Shown: positions 17,857-27,476, counted from the first letter of the stretch. The stretch is DNA of 64,000 bases from an uncultured Ruficoccus sp. (GCA_965140785.1 OZ223514.1:32001-96000), one strand, 5' to 3'. The notes: generated by a model not told the origin, from the sequence alone. Numbers and translations are program-made.

Positions 17857-19122
17857 ATGATTCCAAATAAGCAGGATGAAGCCCCCACGGGCGTTCGGTT
17901 GCTGCCGGACCCGCTGGTGTGGCGTCAGGATTTCCCGGTGCTGGGACGCGAAGTCAACGGCAAGCCGCTGATCTATTTCGACAACGCTGCCTCGTCGCAG
18001 AAGCCTCTCGCGGTCATTGAGCGGATCGAGCGGTATTATGCCGGAGAGCACGCGAACATTCACCGGGGGGTGCACTTTCTCAGCCAGGAGGCGACCGGCG
18101 CCTACGAGGCCGCCCGCGAGACGGTGGCGCGGTATTTCAACGCGGGCGAGGCACGCGAGTGCGTCTTTACCCGCGGGGCGACCGAGGCGATCAACCTCGT
18201 GGCCAGCTCGTGGGGTGGGGCTAATCTCCAGGCCGGCGACGAGGTGCTGCTGACCGTGATGGAGCACCACGCCAACATCGTCCCGTGGCAGCTGCTTGAG
18301 GCTCGCCTCGGGATCAAGCTCGTGGTCGCGCCCGTCTCCGAGGCGGGCGAACTGATCGTCGAGGAGTGGGAAAAGCTTCTTGGCCCGCGCACGAAGCTGG
18401 CCGCCTTTTGCCACGCTTCCAATTCACTCGGCACGATCAATCCGGCTAAAGAATTGATCGCCAAGGCCCACGCCCAAGGCGTTCCTGTGCTGCTGGACGG
18501 GGCGCAGTCCAGCGCCCACCTGAAAATCGACGTTCGCGACCTCGACTGCGACTGGTTTGTGGCCAGCGGGCACAAGATTTTCGGCCCGACCGGGATCGGT
18601 GTCCTCTACGGCAAGGCCGACCTGCTCGGCGCCATGCCCCCCTATCAGGGCGGCGGCGACATGATCGAGCGCGTCAGCTTTGCCGGGACGACCTTCCGCG
18701 GGCTGCCGGAGCGCTTCGAGGCGGGGACGCCCCACATCGCCGGGGCCATCGGCCTGGCAGCCGCGTTCGACTATCTGGAAAGCATCGGCCACGACGCCAT
18801 TGCCACCCAGGAGCAGGACCTCCTGAAGTACGCCACTGCGCAACTGGAGCAGATCGAGGGCCTGACCATTTACGGTCGCGCCGCCGACAAGGTCTCGCTC
18901 GTTTCCTTCAACATCGCGGGCATCCACCCCAACGACATCGGCACCATGCTCGACGCCGACGGTATCGCCGTGCGCACCGGGCACCACTGCACGATGCCGC
19001 TGTGGGAGCGCTACGGACTCACCGGCACCGCCCGCGCCTCCTTCGCCTTCTACAACACCCGCGAGGAGATCGACGCCTTCGTCGCCAGCCTGACAAAAAT
19101 CCGCAAGCTCTTCCTCGGCTAG
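17857..19122 (+). CDS. sufS: Cysteine desulfurase SufS
   Basis: YFDNAASSQKP, EHHANIVPW, SGHK (PLP Lys), FEAGTP, RTGHHC. Confidence 0.95.
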   Translation: MIPNKQDEAPTGVRLLPDPLVWRQDFPVLGREVNGKPLIYFDNAASSQKPLAVIERIERYYAGEHANIHRGVHFLSQEATGAYEAARETVARYFNAGEARECVFTRGATEAINLVASSWGGANLQAGDEVLLTVMEHHANIVPWQLLEARLGIKLVVAPVSEAGELIVEEWEKLLGPRTKLAAFCHASNSLGTINPAKELIAKAHAQGVPVLLDGAQSSAHLKIDVRDLDCDWFVASGHKIFGPTGIGVLYGKADLLGAMPPYQGGGDMIERVSFAGTTFRGLPERFEAGTPHIAGAIGLAAAFDYLESIGHDAIATQEQDLLKYATAQLEQIEGLTIYGRAADKVSLVSFNIAGIHPNDIGTMLDADGIAVRTGHHCTMPLWERYGLTGTARASFAFYNTREEIDAFVASLTKIRKLFLG

Positions 19123-19187
19123 GCAGGACAGAGTCCTGCACCTGTGATGCTTACGCATCACTGATGCCGCCGCCAACGCGGCGGCAT
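19123..19187 (+). repeat. Tri-hairpin dispersed repeat, copy A
   Basis: GCAGGAC-aga-GTCCTGC acct GTGATGC-ttac-GCATCAC tg ATGCCGCCGC-caac-GCGGCGGCAT, directly after the sufS TAG. Confidence 0.85.
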
Positions 19188-19350
19188 GGGCAACGGTGAT
19201 AGACGCCGACTCAAATGAACTTCGGTAAGCACCACCTGAGAAAGGCGCGAGACTTGTAGGCATGTCGGAAAATGGGTTCCTTTTCAGGAGGGGAGTCAGG
19301 CCGTGAAATTAGCTTTGCGTTCTTCGCGTACTTTGCGGTTAAAAAAAGCG

Positions 19351-19803
19351 ATGCCGCTGACACCGGAGCTTTATCAGGAAATCCTGCTCGACCACAGCAA
19401 GCACCCGCGTGCGCAGGGCTTGCTGGAGGCGCCCACTCATCGCTCCGAGGCGAAAAACCCCGAGGCCGGAGACGAGGTGACGCTGACTCTGCACATCGCC
19501 GATGAGAAAATCACGGCCGTGGGCTGGGAGGCGGCGGGAAGCGCCGTGCTGCGGGCTTCGTGTTCGCTCATGAGCGAGGCGGTCCCGGGGCGCACCCTGG
19601 CCGAAGCGAAAGAGTTGGCCGAGCACTTCCGGGCGTTCCTGACCGGTCCGGAACCGGATGAGGCCGAGGTGGACTTCTGGGGTGACGCCGCCGCGCTGGG
19701 TGGCATCCGCCACCTGCCCCCGCGCGTCAAGTGCGCCATGCTCCCGTGGCGGGCGTTGCTCGCCGTGGAGGAAATTGAATCCCCCGCCTCGAAGGTGGAT
19801 TAG
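19351..19803 (+). CDS. sufU: SufU/IscU-family protein, atypical
   Basis: LYQEILLDHSKHPR, NPEAGD, RVKCAMLPW. Follows sufS. Confidence 0.88.
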   Translation: MPLTPELYQEILLDHSKHPRAQGLLEAPTHRSEAKNPEAGDEVTLTLHIADEKITAVGWEAAGSAVLRASCSLMSEAVPGRTLAEAKELAEHFRAFLTGPEPDEAEVDFWGDAAALGGIRHLPPRVKCAMLPWRALLAVEEIESPASKVD

Positions 19804-19879
19804 CCGGAAAGCCGGAAAGCGCGGAGCGTCAGCGTTGACGGGCTTACTTCGCCTTTCAGCGATTTGCCGAAATACAAAA

Positions 19880-20284
19880 CTACCGGGTGAACAGCTTCGT
19901 CACGGACGGCTTGTTCAGTACGTAGAGCGCATATCCACAGGCCCCAATACCGACGATGGATGTGACCCAGAAAGAGATGATGAATCCGAGCGGCTGGCCC
20001 GGCCCATAGGGAGGGGCCCACCGGATCAGGGCCAACAAGAGCGGCACACTGACAAAGATCAAGGTGACGATCGAGATGGTCAGGGTGAACAGGCGCCAGT
20101 ACGGCTTGAGGCGGATGAGGCCGAACCCAGCCAGCAGGAGCAGGACCATGAAGTTGATCGTAGCGCCGGACTGGTTGAAGACGGAGATGATTGACTGCAC
20201 CAGCGCAAGGGCGCCGAGGGCCATCAGCACACCGGAGAGGATGGTGAGTTCCTTGGGCAGATCGCCAGCTTTAGGGAATTTCAT
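19880..20284 (-). CDS. Hypothetical 4-TM membrane protein
   Basis: Four hydrophobic segments, C-terminal L.KPSV..LF. Confidence 0.65.
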   Translation of the reverse strand: MKFPKAGDLPKELTILSGVLMALGALALVQSIISVFNQSGATINFMVLLLLAGFGLIRLKPYWRLFTLTISIVTLIFVSVPLLLALIRWAPPYGPGQPLGFIISFWVTSIVGIGACGYALYVLNKPSVTKLFTR

Positions 20285-20316
20285 AAGAAGAAAAGTAACG
20301 GGCACTTACGGCGGGC

Positions 20317-21117
20317 TCAAGCTTCGAGTGGCAGGCGCACAGGCAGCCCGGCCCCGGCCAGCTTTTGCTTGGCCTCCAGGATGGAGTAGGTGCCGAAGTG
20401 GAAGATCGAGGCGGCCAGCACCGCGCTGGCCTTGCCCTCGCGCAGCACGTCCACCAGGTGGTCCAGCGTGCCCGCGCCGCCCGAGGCGATGACGGGGACC
20501 TCGACCGCTTCGCTCACGGCGCGGGTCAGCTCAATGTCGTACCCGACCTTGGTGCCGTCGGCGTCCATGCTGGTGAGCAGAATCTCGCCCGCGCCCAGGC
20601 GCACCACTTCACGGGCCCACTCGATCGCGTCCCACTCGGTTTTCGTGCGTCCGCCGTGGGTGAAGACTTTCCACTTCCCGGGGGCCACATTTTTTGCGTC
20701 GATGGCGACGACGATGCACTGGTTGCCGAAAATCTCCGACGCTTGGCGGATGAGATCGGGGTTGTTGACCGCGGCGGTGTTGAGCGAGACCTTGTCGGCC
20801 CCGGCGTTGAGCATCATGCGGATGTCCTCCACCGTGCGCAGGCCGCCGCCCACCGTGACGGGCATGAAGCACTCCGAGGCGGTGCGCTCGACCACGTCGC
20901 GCATGATGGCACGCTCGTCGCTGGAAGCGGTGATGTCGAGGAAGACCAGTTCGTCCGCCCCCTGGGCCTCGTAGGCCTTGGCCTGCTCGACCGGATCGCC
21001 CGCGTCGATCAGGTTGACGAAGTTCACGCCCTTGACCACGCGCCCGGCGTGGACGTCGAGGCAGGGGATGATGCGTACGCTGACTTGCCCGCTGTTAGCC
21101 GTCTCTTTCACGCGCAA
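20317..21117 (-). CDS. hisF: Imidazole glycerol phosphate synthase cyclase subunit
   Basis: [42 protein letters not shown]. Confidence 0.97.
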   Translation of the reverse strand: MRVKETANSGQVSVRIIPCLDVHAGRVVKGVNFVNLIDAGDPVEQAKAYEAQGADELVFLDITASSDERAIMRDVVERTASECFMPVTVGGGLRTVEDIRMMLNAGADKVSLNTAAVNNPDLIRQASEIFGNQCIVVAIDAKNVAPGKWKVFTHGGRTKTEWDAIEWAREVVRLGAGEILLTSMDADGTKVGYDIELTRAVSEAVEVPVIASGGAGTLDHLVDVLREGKASAVLAASIFHFGTYSILEAKQKLAGAGLPVRLPLEA

Positions 21118-21145
21118 ACTCTCTGCCCCCGCGCCCGGCGGCGCA

Positions 21146-21252
21146 AGCAGGAACTCCTGCCATTATGAGCCCTGGGGCAGGAGCCTCTTTGGCTCCGAGG
21201 GGGTGGAGCCCCATTCCGGTGCGTAGCACCTAGGGTGCAGGGCATGCCCTGC
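21146..21252 (-). repeat. Tri-hairpin dispersed repeat, copy E (extended)
   Basis: Minus strand after the SDR TAG: GCAGGGCATGCCCTGC accc taGGTGC-tac-GCACC, then further hairpins (GGAGCC/GGCTCC, GCAGGA/TCCTGC). Confidence 0.7.
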
Positions 21253-22014
21253 CTAAGGATAATCCTGGCGGGTGGGGCGGACGGTGATGTCGCTGATGTG
21301 GACGTGCGGGGGCAGGGCGACGAGGTGCTCGATGGCGGCGGCGATGTCGTCTCCCACCAGCAGGGGGCCGAAGTTGTCATGGAAGTGCTGCACGGTCTCG
21401 TCCGCGTAGCCAGCTTCGTCCTGAAAGCCGCTCACCACGATGCCCGGAGCGACGGTGGTGACGCGCACGCCCTTGGGGCCGATCTCGCGGCGCAGGCCCT
21501 CGGCCAGCGCATGGACGGCGAATTTGGTCGAGCCGTACACCGCGCTGAAGGGCGAGATATTGTTCCCCACGACCGAGCCGATAACCACGAGGTCAGCCGC
21601 TTTTTGCGGAAAGTTTTTTTCCTGCTGCGTGACCATACGCCGGGCGGCGGTCTGCATGAGCGCGAGGGCTCCGGCCACATTGAGCTTCCAGATGGTTTCG
21701 AACTTCGCCAGATCGGCCTGCGTGACCGATCCGCCCAGCCCGGTCCCGGCATTGACCACAACGATGTCCGGCTCACCGCCGAAGCTTTCCTTGGCGGTGG
21801 CAAAGAGCGCGTCGATCACGGCCTGTTCGGCGGCGCTGCCGGCTACCGCCTTGAAGCGCGGGCCGAGTTCTTTTTCGAGCGCGGCGAGTTTATCGGCGGA
21901 GCGGGCGTTGCCGATGACGCCGTAGCCCTGGGCGACGAAACGGCGGGCGGTGGCTTCTCCGATCCCGGAGCTGGCCCCGGTGACGATGGCGATGCGGGTG
22001 GGGGAATCTGACAT
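21253..22014 (-). CDS. Short-chain dehydrogenase/reductase
   Basis: TGASSGIG, VNAG, YGSTK, VAPG. Confidence 0.92.
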   Translation of the reverse strand: MSDSPTRIAIVTGASSGIGEATARRFVAQGYGVIGNARSADKLAALEKELGPRFKAVAGSAAEQAVIDALFATAKESFGGEPDIVVVNAGTGLGGSVTQADLAKFETIWKLNVAGALALMQTAARRMVTQQEKNFPQKAADLVVIGSVVGNNISPFSAVYGSTKFAVHALAEGLRREIGPKGVRVTTVAPGIVVSGFQDEAGYADETVQHFHDNFGPLLVGDDIAAAIEHLVALPPHVHISDITVRPTRQDYP

Positions 22015-22081
22015 GGAGAACAAACTAACGAAGCCGTGCCCGGGCCGCAAGTCGTTCTCCCGAAGATTCGTTTCCGGTCAC

Positions 22082-22112
22082 AAAAAAACCGGTCCCGCAG
22101 GGGGACCGGTTT
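22082..22112 (-). terminator. Intrinsic terminator
   Basis: aaaaaaaccggtccc-gcagg-gggaccggttt. Confidence 0.8.
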
Positions 22113-22185
22113 ATGAAAAAACATTCGCTTACTGGTTATGCCGGGATGCGTGAGCATCCCAAGTCCAAGACGTTGCCCTGATCGG

Positions 22186-23946
22186 TTATTCGGCCAGAGC
22201 GATGTCGGGCTCAAATTCGACCACGAGGCGGTACTTCATGCCGGGACGCATGGTTAGCGGATGATCGCGCACCAGATGCTGGAGGTAGTGGATGTTGCCC
22301 CAGTACGTGCGGTAGTCCGGATCGTCCGTCACAACCTCGGTCTCACCCCAGACGGCTTGGAAGTCGTCCTTGACCACGACGGGGCGCAGGCCGCCTTCGC
22401 CGATGGTGTAGGTCAGACCGCTGCGGTAGCGGCTGTGCGGAGCGCCGATGGCGATGACGTAGCGCATGCTGTCGAGCTGGACCTGATTCTTGACGGTGAA
22501 GATGAACTCGCTGGTCATCTTGCCGCCGAGGAAGGTCCAGTTGACCTTGCACGAGCCGAGCCCGTTGAGGAAGCGCTCGTCCACGGTGACCAACTCGGGT
22601 TGGTCGTAGCGGAAGAAGAAGGAATTGCGCAGGCCCAGGCCGGTGGTGCAGTTCTTGCCGTAGAAGGCCGGGATGACCTTCTCCTTGCCGAAGGTCAGCT
22701 CGGGCAGGAGGATCGGGATCTGCTTGCTGGTGGGCCAGTCGATGACACCCGGGCAGTGCGGGAAGGCGAGCGAGGAACTGCTCGCGCCCACTTCGGAGCC
22801 GGCGCTAACGAGCGGGATCTGCACGTGCAGGCCGCTTTCGGGGTCGAAATAGTTAAAGAGGCCGTTTTCCTTGCGGTGGCTCTTGTCGAAGACCACGAAG
22901 CGGCCGGAGCGCTTGGCCGGGGCGGGCTTGGCGTCCATGGTGCCACCGATGTGCTTGGACAGGCGAGCCCACTGGCACAGGTAGCGCGCGGCGTCAAAGT
23001 TCGCCATGCGCGTGGTGTGGTTGGCGAAGGTGGTGCGCTCCTCGTCGCGGATGACGAGGAAGCCGTGCTCGTGGTCGAGGTACGTGGTGAAGAAGAACTG
23101 GAACAGGCGGCGCAGGATGTCGAAGTACTTCGGCTTGTCGTCTCCGGTGATCCAGCCGTCGCGCATGGCCTGAAGGATCAGGCTGATGCAGTGCATCTGG
23201 CCGTAGGCGCCGATGCCGCGGCCATAGGCCCAGCCGAGGCCGTCCTGGCGGACGATGTCGGGCAGCATCTTGATGTACTTGCCGGCGTGGGTGCGCAGGC
23301 TGGGCAGCTTGCGGTCGCGCAGGTGGATGTTGGCGTGGAGCTGGAGCGCCTGCCGGATGAAGACAAAGCTCAGGACGCCGTAAATATCGAAGCAGCCGCC
23401 GAAGCCCTCGGGATGGTCGTCGCAGTAGCCGGCGCTGCTGTTGATCTTGATGCGCTCGACGAAGCGGTCGATCAGCTTGCCGGTCTCGTCCTTCTTGGAC
23501 AGGCCCATGCTGAAGCGCGTCACGGCCTTGGCGATGTTGAAGGACTGCAGGTGGTTGTCGTAATCGGTGCGCTGGAGCAGGCGATGGTCGAGCGTCTCGC
23601 GGGTCGGCTCAAGCAGGCGCTCCCACACCGGGTTGCGTTCCTTCGACGGGCCAAAGGCCAGCAGCCCCAGGGCCGAATAGGCTAGGCCGTTCTCGGCCTC
23701 CTCTTCGATAAAGGCCTGGGCGGTTACCGTCCGGGCCACCAAGTCTACCAGGTCGTGGTCGCCGAAGCGGGTCTCCTGGGTTAGACGGTGGTACTCCCCA
23801 ATCGCGAGGGCGGCGTGGCCGGGCTCGTCAAATCGTCCCATTTCTCCGCTCACGGGAGTGATGGAACCATCGGCGTTGATGGCATCTAGGTTCTGACCCA
23901 GGATGGACTGGGCCATGTCAAGGCATTGGTCGGCGAAATTCTCCAT
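22186..23946 (-). CDS. Conserved hypothetical protein (helical N-part, beta-rich C-part; DUF2264/lyase-like suspected)
   Basis: 586-aa ORF with strong GC3 bias and its own terminator. DGLGWAYGRGIGAYG motif. No signal peptide. Confidence 0.75.
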   Translation of the reverse strand: MENFADQCLDMAQSILGQNLDAINADGSITPVSGEMGRFDEPGHAALAIGEYHRLTQETRFGDHDLVDLVARTVTAQAFIEEEAENGLAYSALGLLAFGPSKERNPVWERLLEPTRETLDHRLLQRTDYDNHLQSFNIAKAVTRFSMGLSKKDETGKLIDRFVERIKINSSAGYCDDHPEGFGGCFDIYGVLSFVFIRQALQLHANIHLRDRKLPSLRTHAGKYIKMLPDIVRQDGLGWAYGRGIGAYGQMHCISLILQAMRDGWITGDDKPKYFDILRRLFQFFFTTYLDHEHGFLVIRDEERTTFANHTTRMANFDAARYLCQWARLSKHIGGTMDAKPAPAKRSGRFVVFDKSHRKENGLFNYFDPESGLHVQIPLVSAGSEVGASSSSLAFPHCPGVIDWPTSKQIPILLPELTFGKEKVIPAFYGKNCTTGLGLRNSFFFRYDQPELVTVDERFLNGLGSCKVNWTFLGGKMTSEFIFTVKNQVQLDSMRYVIAIGAPHSRYRSGLTYTIGEGGLRPVVVKDDFQAVWGETEVVTDDPDYRTYWGNIHYLQHLVRDHPLTMRPGMKYRLVVEFEPDIALAE

Positions 23947-24213
23947 CGCGTGGTTTTCTGCAGCATAGCATCCCTTGCCAGGTGGCTTTCACGGGACGCG
24001 GAAACCCGTCTTTGTGGATTTTTGTATAGGGGCTGTCAACAGGTTATTGGTGACAAGTGCAGAAAGATGCAGATTCGCAAACGGTTTACGGTGCGAATGG
24101 GCTGCGAAAGGGCTCGAAAAACACTTTGTCCAGGCGGTTGTCGGTCCGGCGCTTTCCCACTTGCCCTGCGGGCTCAATGCGTGCCACTAATAAAGGGTAA
24201 CTCTTTTTTGCTT

Positions 24214-24855
24214 GTGGCCATCCTGCTCCTCAAAGGCTTTGTGCTCGGTTTTATCTTTTCCGTCGTCATGGTGACGGGAACGGTCTGGTGCGTCCAGGTG
24301 ACGATTCGTTACGGCCTGTTCGCCGGCCTGGCCGCCGCGCTGGGGATCACCCTCGGTCAGTCCATCTGGATCGCGGTTGCGGTGGCCCTGATGACGGTGA
24401 TGTGGATGCTGCCGCTGCAGGCGGAGCTGGCCTGGGTCTTTCGCTCGCTGGCCGCCGTGGTCTTTCTCTACATGAGCTTCATCCTCTTTCGGGCCAAAAA
24501 GGTTTCCAGCCTGTCCTGCCCGCCGCTGGCCGGAGGCGGTAAGCGGGTTTTCCGGGGGACGCTGGCCGTCTCGCTGGGTATGCCGATGCGATTTTTTGGC
24601 TACCTCGCTTTTTGTGTGGCCGCCGGGCTCAACTACCATGCCCCGGACCTGGCCAACGGCGGGCTGGTCGTCCTCGGGGCGGTGAGCGGCACCTTCGTGT
24701 GGTGGCTGTACATGGTGATCCTGGCCGCGGTTTTCGGGCACAAGGTCCCCGAGCGGGTCAGCCTGCGTTCGATCAACAAACTCAACCCGCTCAGCGGATT
24801 CATCCTCCTGCTGGTCTGCGCCATGACCCTCGCCCCCCTGCTCCTGCGCCATTGA
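24214..24855 (+). CDS. LysE-family transporter-like membrane protein
   Basis: LLKGFVLGF...G.V......G...GLAAALG, GTFVWW, about 6 TMs. Start inferred. Confidence 0.7.
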   Translation: MAILLLKGFVLGFIFSVVMVTGTVWCVQVTIRYGLFAGLAAALGITLGQSIWIAVAVALMTVMWMLPLQAELAWVFRSLAAVVFLYMSFILFRAKKVSSLSCPPLAGGGKRVFRGTLAVSLGMPMRFFGYLAFCVAAGLNYHAPDLANGGLVVLGAVSGTFVWWLYMVILAAVFGHKVPERVSLRSINKLNPLSGFILLLVCAMTLAPLLLRH

Positions 24856-24856
24856 G

Positions 24857-24920
24857 GCAGGACAGAGTCCTGGACCTGTGATCCTTTGGATCACGGATGC
24901 TCCGCTTGGAGCGAAGGCAT
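24857..24920 (+). repeat. Tri-hairpin dispersed repeat, copy B
   Basis: GCAGGACAGAGTCCTGG acct GTGATCC-ttt-GGATCAC gg ATGC...GCAT, after TGA. Confidence 0.85.
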
Positions 24921-24980
24921 GACTACAAATGCCCCCAACCCAAAAGGGGGAGGGCACTGCTCATCCTCGCCGAGCGCTCC

Positions 24981-25044
24981 ATGGCATTTCCCCAAGAAAT
25001 GCCATCCAGATGCGCAAGCATCTAGAGCACAGGGCATGCCCTGC
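24981..25044 (-). repeat. Tri-hairpin dispersed repeat, copy D
   Basis: Minus strand after the dapL TAG: GCAGGGCATGCCCTGT gctc tAGATGC-ttgc-GCATCT gg ATGGCATTTC-ttggg-GAAATGCCAT. Confidence 0.85.
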
Positions 25045-25048
25045 CCGC

Positions 25049-26290
25049 CTAGAAGCTGAAGCTGTAGCGGCTGAGGCGCTGGCGGATTTCCGCGATGACG
25101 CGCTTTTCCTGCTCTTCGCCCTTGGCCTCGAAGGTGACCGAGAAGCGCACGAAGTGCCCCGCGTCGTCCCAGGGGACGGTGCTGATGAGCAACTCCTTGA
25201 TCAGAAACTGGGAAAAGTCCTCTCCGTTCTTGAAGGTGATCTTCTTGCCGTCCTTTTCCGCGCTGGTGGGGGCGGCGGTGTAGAGGAAGAACGAGCCCTT
25301 CGGCTTCTTGGCCTTAAAGCCGGCGGCGTTGAGGGCCTCGACCAGCAGGTCCATGCGGCGGGAGTACTTGGCGCTGATTTCCTCGGTGATCGAGGGGGTG
25401 TCCAGCGCGGCGGCAGCGGCCTTCTGGATGGCCAGGAACTGGCCCGAGTCGCAGTTGTCCTTCACGTCGGAGAAAGCCTTGACGATGAGCGGGTTGCCAC
25501 AGACCCAGCTGATGCGCCAGCCGGTCATGTTGAAGCTCTTGGAGAGCGAGTGCAGCTCGACCGCCACGTCTTTGCCGCCGGGGACCTGGAGGATGGACAG
25601 GGGCTTGCCTTCGAAAATGAGCGAGGCGTAGGCGGCGTCCTGCACGAGGACGAGGTTGTTCTCCTTGGCGAAAGCGATGGCTTTCTCGAAAAACTCGACC
25701 GTGGCGGAGGCACCGGTCGGGTTGTTCGGGTAGTTCAGGACCATGGCCTTGGCGTAGGCTTTGACGTGCTCGGGGATGGCCTCCAGATCGGGCAGGAAGT
25801 CGTTATCCGCGGTCAGCGGGCAGTTGTACACCTCGCCGCCGAGGTACTTGGCGTGGGTGCCAAAGATCGGGTAGCCGGGCACGGTCATGATGACGCTGTC
25901 GCCGGGGTTGATGAAGCACAGGGGCAGGATGCGCAGGGCGGCCTTGGACCCGATGGAGTGGATGATCTCAGTCGTCGGATCGAGGTCCACGCCGTAGAGC
26001 TTCTTCATGTAGCGGGCGACGGACTGACGGAAGACCGGGCCGCCGTTGTCGGCGTAGCCGCGGTTTTCGGGCTTGGCGGCCTCGTCGCAGAGGGCCTGGA
26101 CGACCTGCGGATAGGCCATGTCGTCGGGTTCGCCCACGCCCATGTCGATCAGTTCGGTGTCGGGATGGGCGGCGCGGGCGGCGGCCTTGGCGCGCTTGAT
26201 CTTCTCAAACTTGTAGATGGCGTCGGACTTGCCGTAGTCGGCTCCGCCAATGCGTTCGGCGAAAAGTTGCTGGATATAGGGATCGTTCAT
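25049..26290 (-). CDS. dapL: LL-diaminopimelate aminotransferase (class I PLP)
   Basis: LFAERIGG..YGK...IYKFEKIKRAK, NYPNNPTGA, DAAY, SLSKSFNMTGWR, DSGQF. Confidence 0.85.
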   Translation of the reverse strand: MNDPYIQQLFAERIGGADYGKSDAIYKFEKIKRAKAAARAAHPDTELIDMGVGEPDDMAYPQVVQALCDEAAKPENRGYADNGGPVFRQSVARYMKKLYGVDLDPTTEIIHSIGSKAALRILPLCFINPGDSVIMTVPGYPIFGTHAKYLGGEVYNCPLTADNDFLPDLEAIPEHVKAYAKAMVLNYPNNPTGASATVEFFEKAIAFAKENNLVLVQDAAYASLIFEGKPLSILQVPGGKDVAVELHSLSKSFNMTGWRISWVCGNPLIVKAFSDVKDNCDSGQFLAIQKAAAAALDTPSITEEISAKYSRRMDLLVEALNAAGFKAKKPKGSFFLYTAAPTSAEKDGKKITFKNGEDFSQFLIKELLISTVPWDDAGHFVRFSVTFEAKGEEQEKRVIAEIRQRLSRYSFSF

Positions 26291-26350
26291 GACTGGAAGA
26301 AGAAAGGCAAAGGGATGCGGGCACTGATGGAAAGCAAAATGTGGGGGATT

Positions 26351-26532
26351 GAATGGCTAAATGGCTCAAGGGCTAAAGGAGTAAATGGCTGCTGGCTGGT
26401 TACTGGCCTGACGGCGGAGGGAGTGCGCCCCTTTTTTTTCGGGGAGCATTTTTGTGCGGCAGGACGCCTCCCTGTCCAAGGAGACGCCATCCATCAATAA
26501 CCAACAATTAACAATCAACCATTTAGCCATTC
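26351..26532. repeat. Inverted octamer-array element (AATGGCTA type)
   Basis: gaatggctaaatggctcaagggctaaaggagtaaatggct ... caaccatttagccattc, with internal AACAATT-like heptamers. Confidence 0.7.
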
Positions 26533-26593
26533 ATCTTCTGTACTTGATCGGGCTTTCGAACTGCTATTCACTCTCGTCTTCAACATCCCAACC

Positions 26594-27436
26594 ATGCAGG
26601 TTATAGAATCACCGGAAGAAATGCAGTCGTGGGCCATCCGCATGCGCGGAAAGGGCAAACTGCTGGCTCTCGTGCCGACCATGGGCGCGCTCCATGAGGG
26701 GCACCTCTCGCTCATCGATGTGGCCCGCCAGAAAGCCGACCTGACCGTGGTGTCCCTCTTTGTCAATCCGACCCAGTTCGGCCCCAACGAGGATTTTTCC
26801 AAGTACCCGCGCCAGATGGAGGCCGATGTCCAGGCCTGCGAGGAACGCGGGGCAGACATCGTTTTCGCGCCCAGCCGTGACGCCATTTACCCGCCGGACT
26901 TCTCCACGTACGTGAACGAGGAGTTCGTCAGCAAGCACCTGTGCGGACTGACCCGGCCGGGGCACTTTCGCGGCGTCACCACGGTGGTGACGATTCTTTT
27001 CAATCTCTGCCGGCCGGACGTGGCGGTCTTCGGGCAGAAGGACGCCCAGCAGTGCGCCATCCTGAAAAAGATGGCCAAGGACCTCTTTATGCCGGTCGAG
27101 ATCATCGCCGCGCCCATCGTGCGCGAGGAGAGCGGGCTGGCCCTGAGTTCGCGCAACCGCTATCTGGAGCCTTCCCGGCTGACCGAGGCCGCCAAAATCC
27201 AGCAGGCCCTCAAGACCGGTCAGGACTTGGTGAAAAAGGGCTCCACCAGCGTGGACCGGGTCAAGGCCGAGGTCACCCACCTGCTCACCCAGAGCCGCAT
27301 GCTACGCATCATTTACATCGAGATCGTGGACCGCGAAACCATGCACCCGGTCCGCGAAATCGTCCCCGGCAAGTGCCTCCTGGCCACCGCCGTCTGGCTG
27401 GAGGAGACCCGCCTCATCGACAACGTCGAGCTGTGA
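26594..27436 (+). CDS. panC: Pantoate--beta-alanine ligase
   Basis: PTMGALHEGH, FVNPTQF, RPGHFRGV, FGQKDAQQ, ALSSRN, RLIDN. Confidence 0.97.
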   Translation: MQVIESPEEMQSWAIRMRGKGKLLALVPTMGALHEGHLSLIDVARQKADLTVVSLFVNPTQFGPNEDFSKYPRQMEADVQACEERGADIVFAPSRDAIYPPDFSTYVNEEFVSKHLCGLTRPGHFRGVTTVVTILFNLCRPDVAVFGQKDAQQCAILKKMAKDLFMPVEIIAAPIVREESGLALSSRNRYLEPSRLTEAAKIQQALKTGQDLVKKGSTSVDRVKAEVTHLLTQSRMLRIIYIEIVDRETMHPVREIVPGKCLLATAVWLEETRLIDNVEL

Positions 27437-27476
27437 TTTTTATATACCGAAGTTAACCCTTACATCTAAGTGTATT

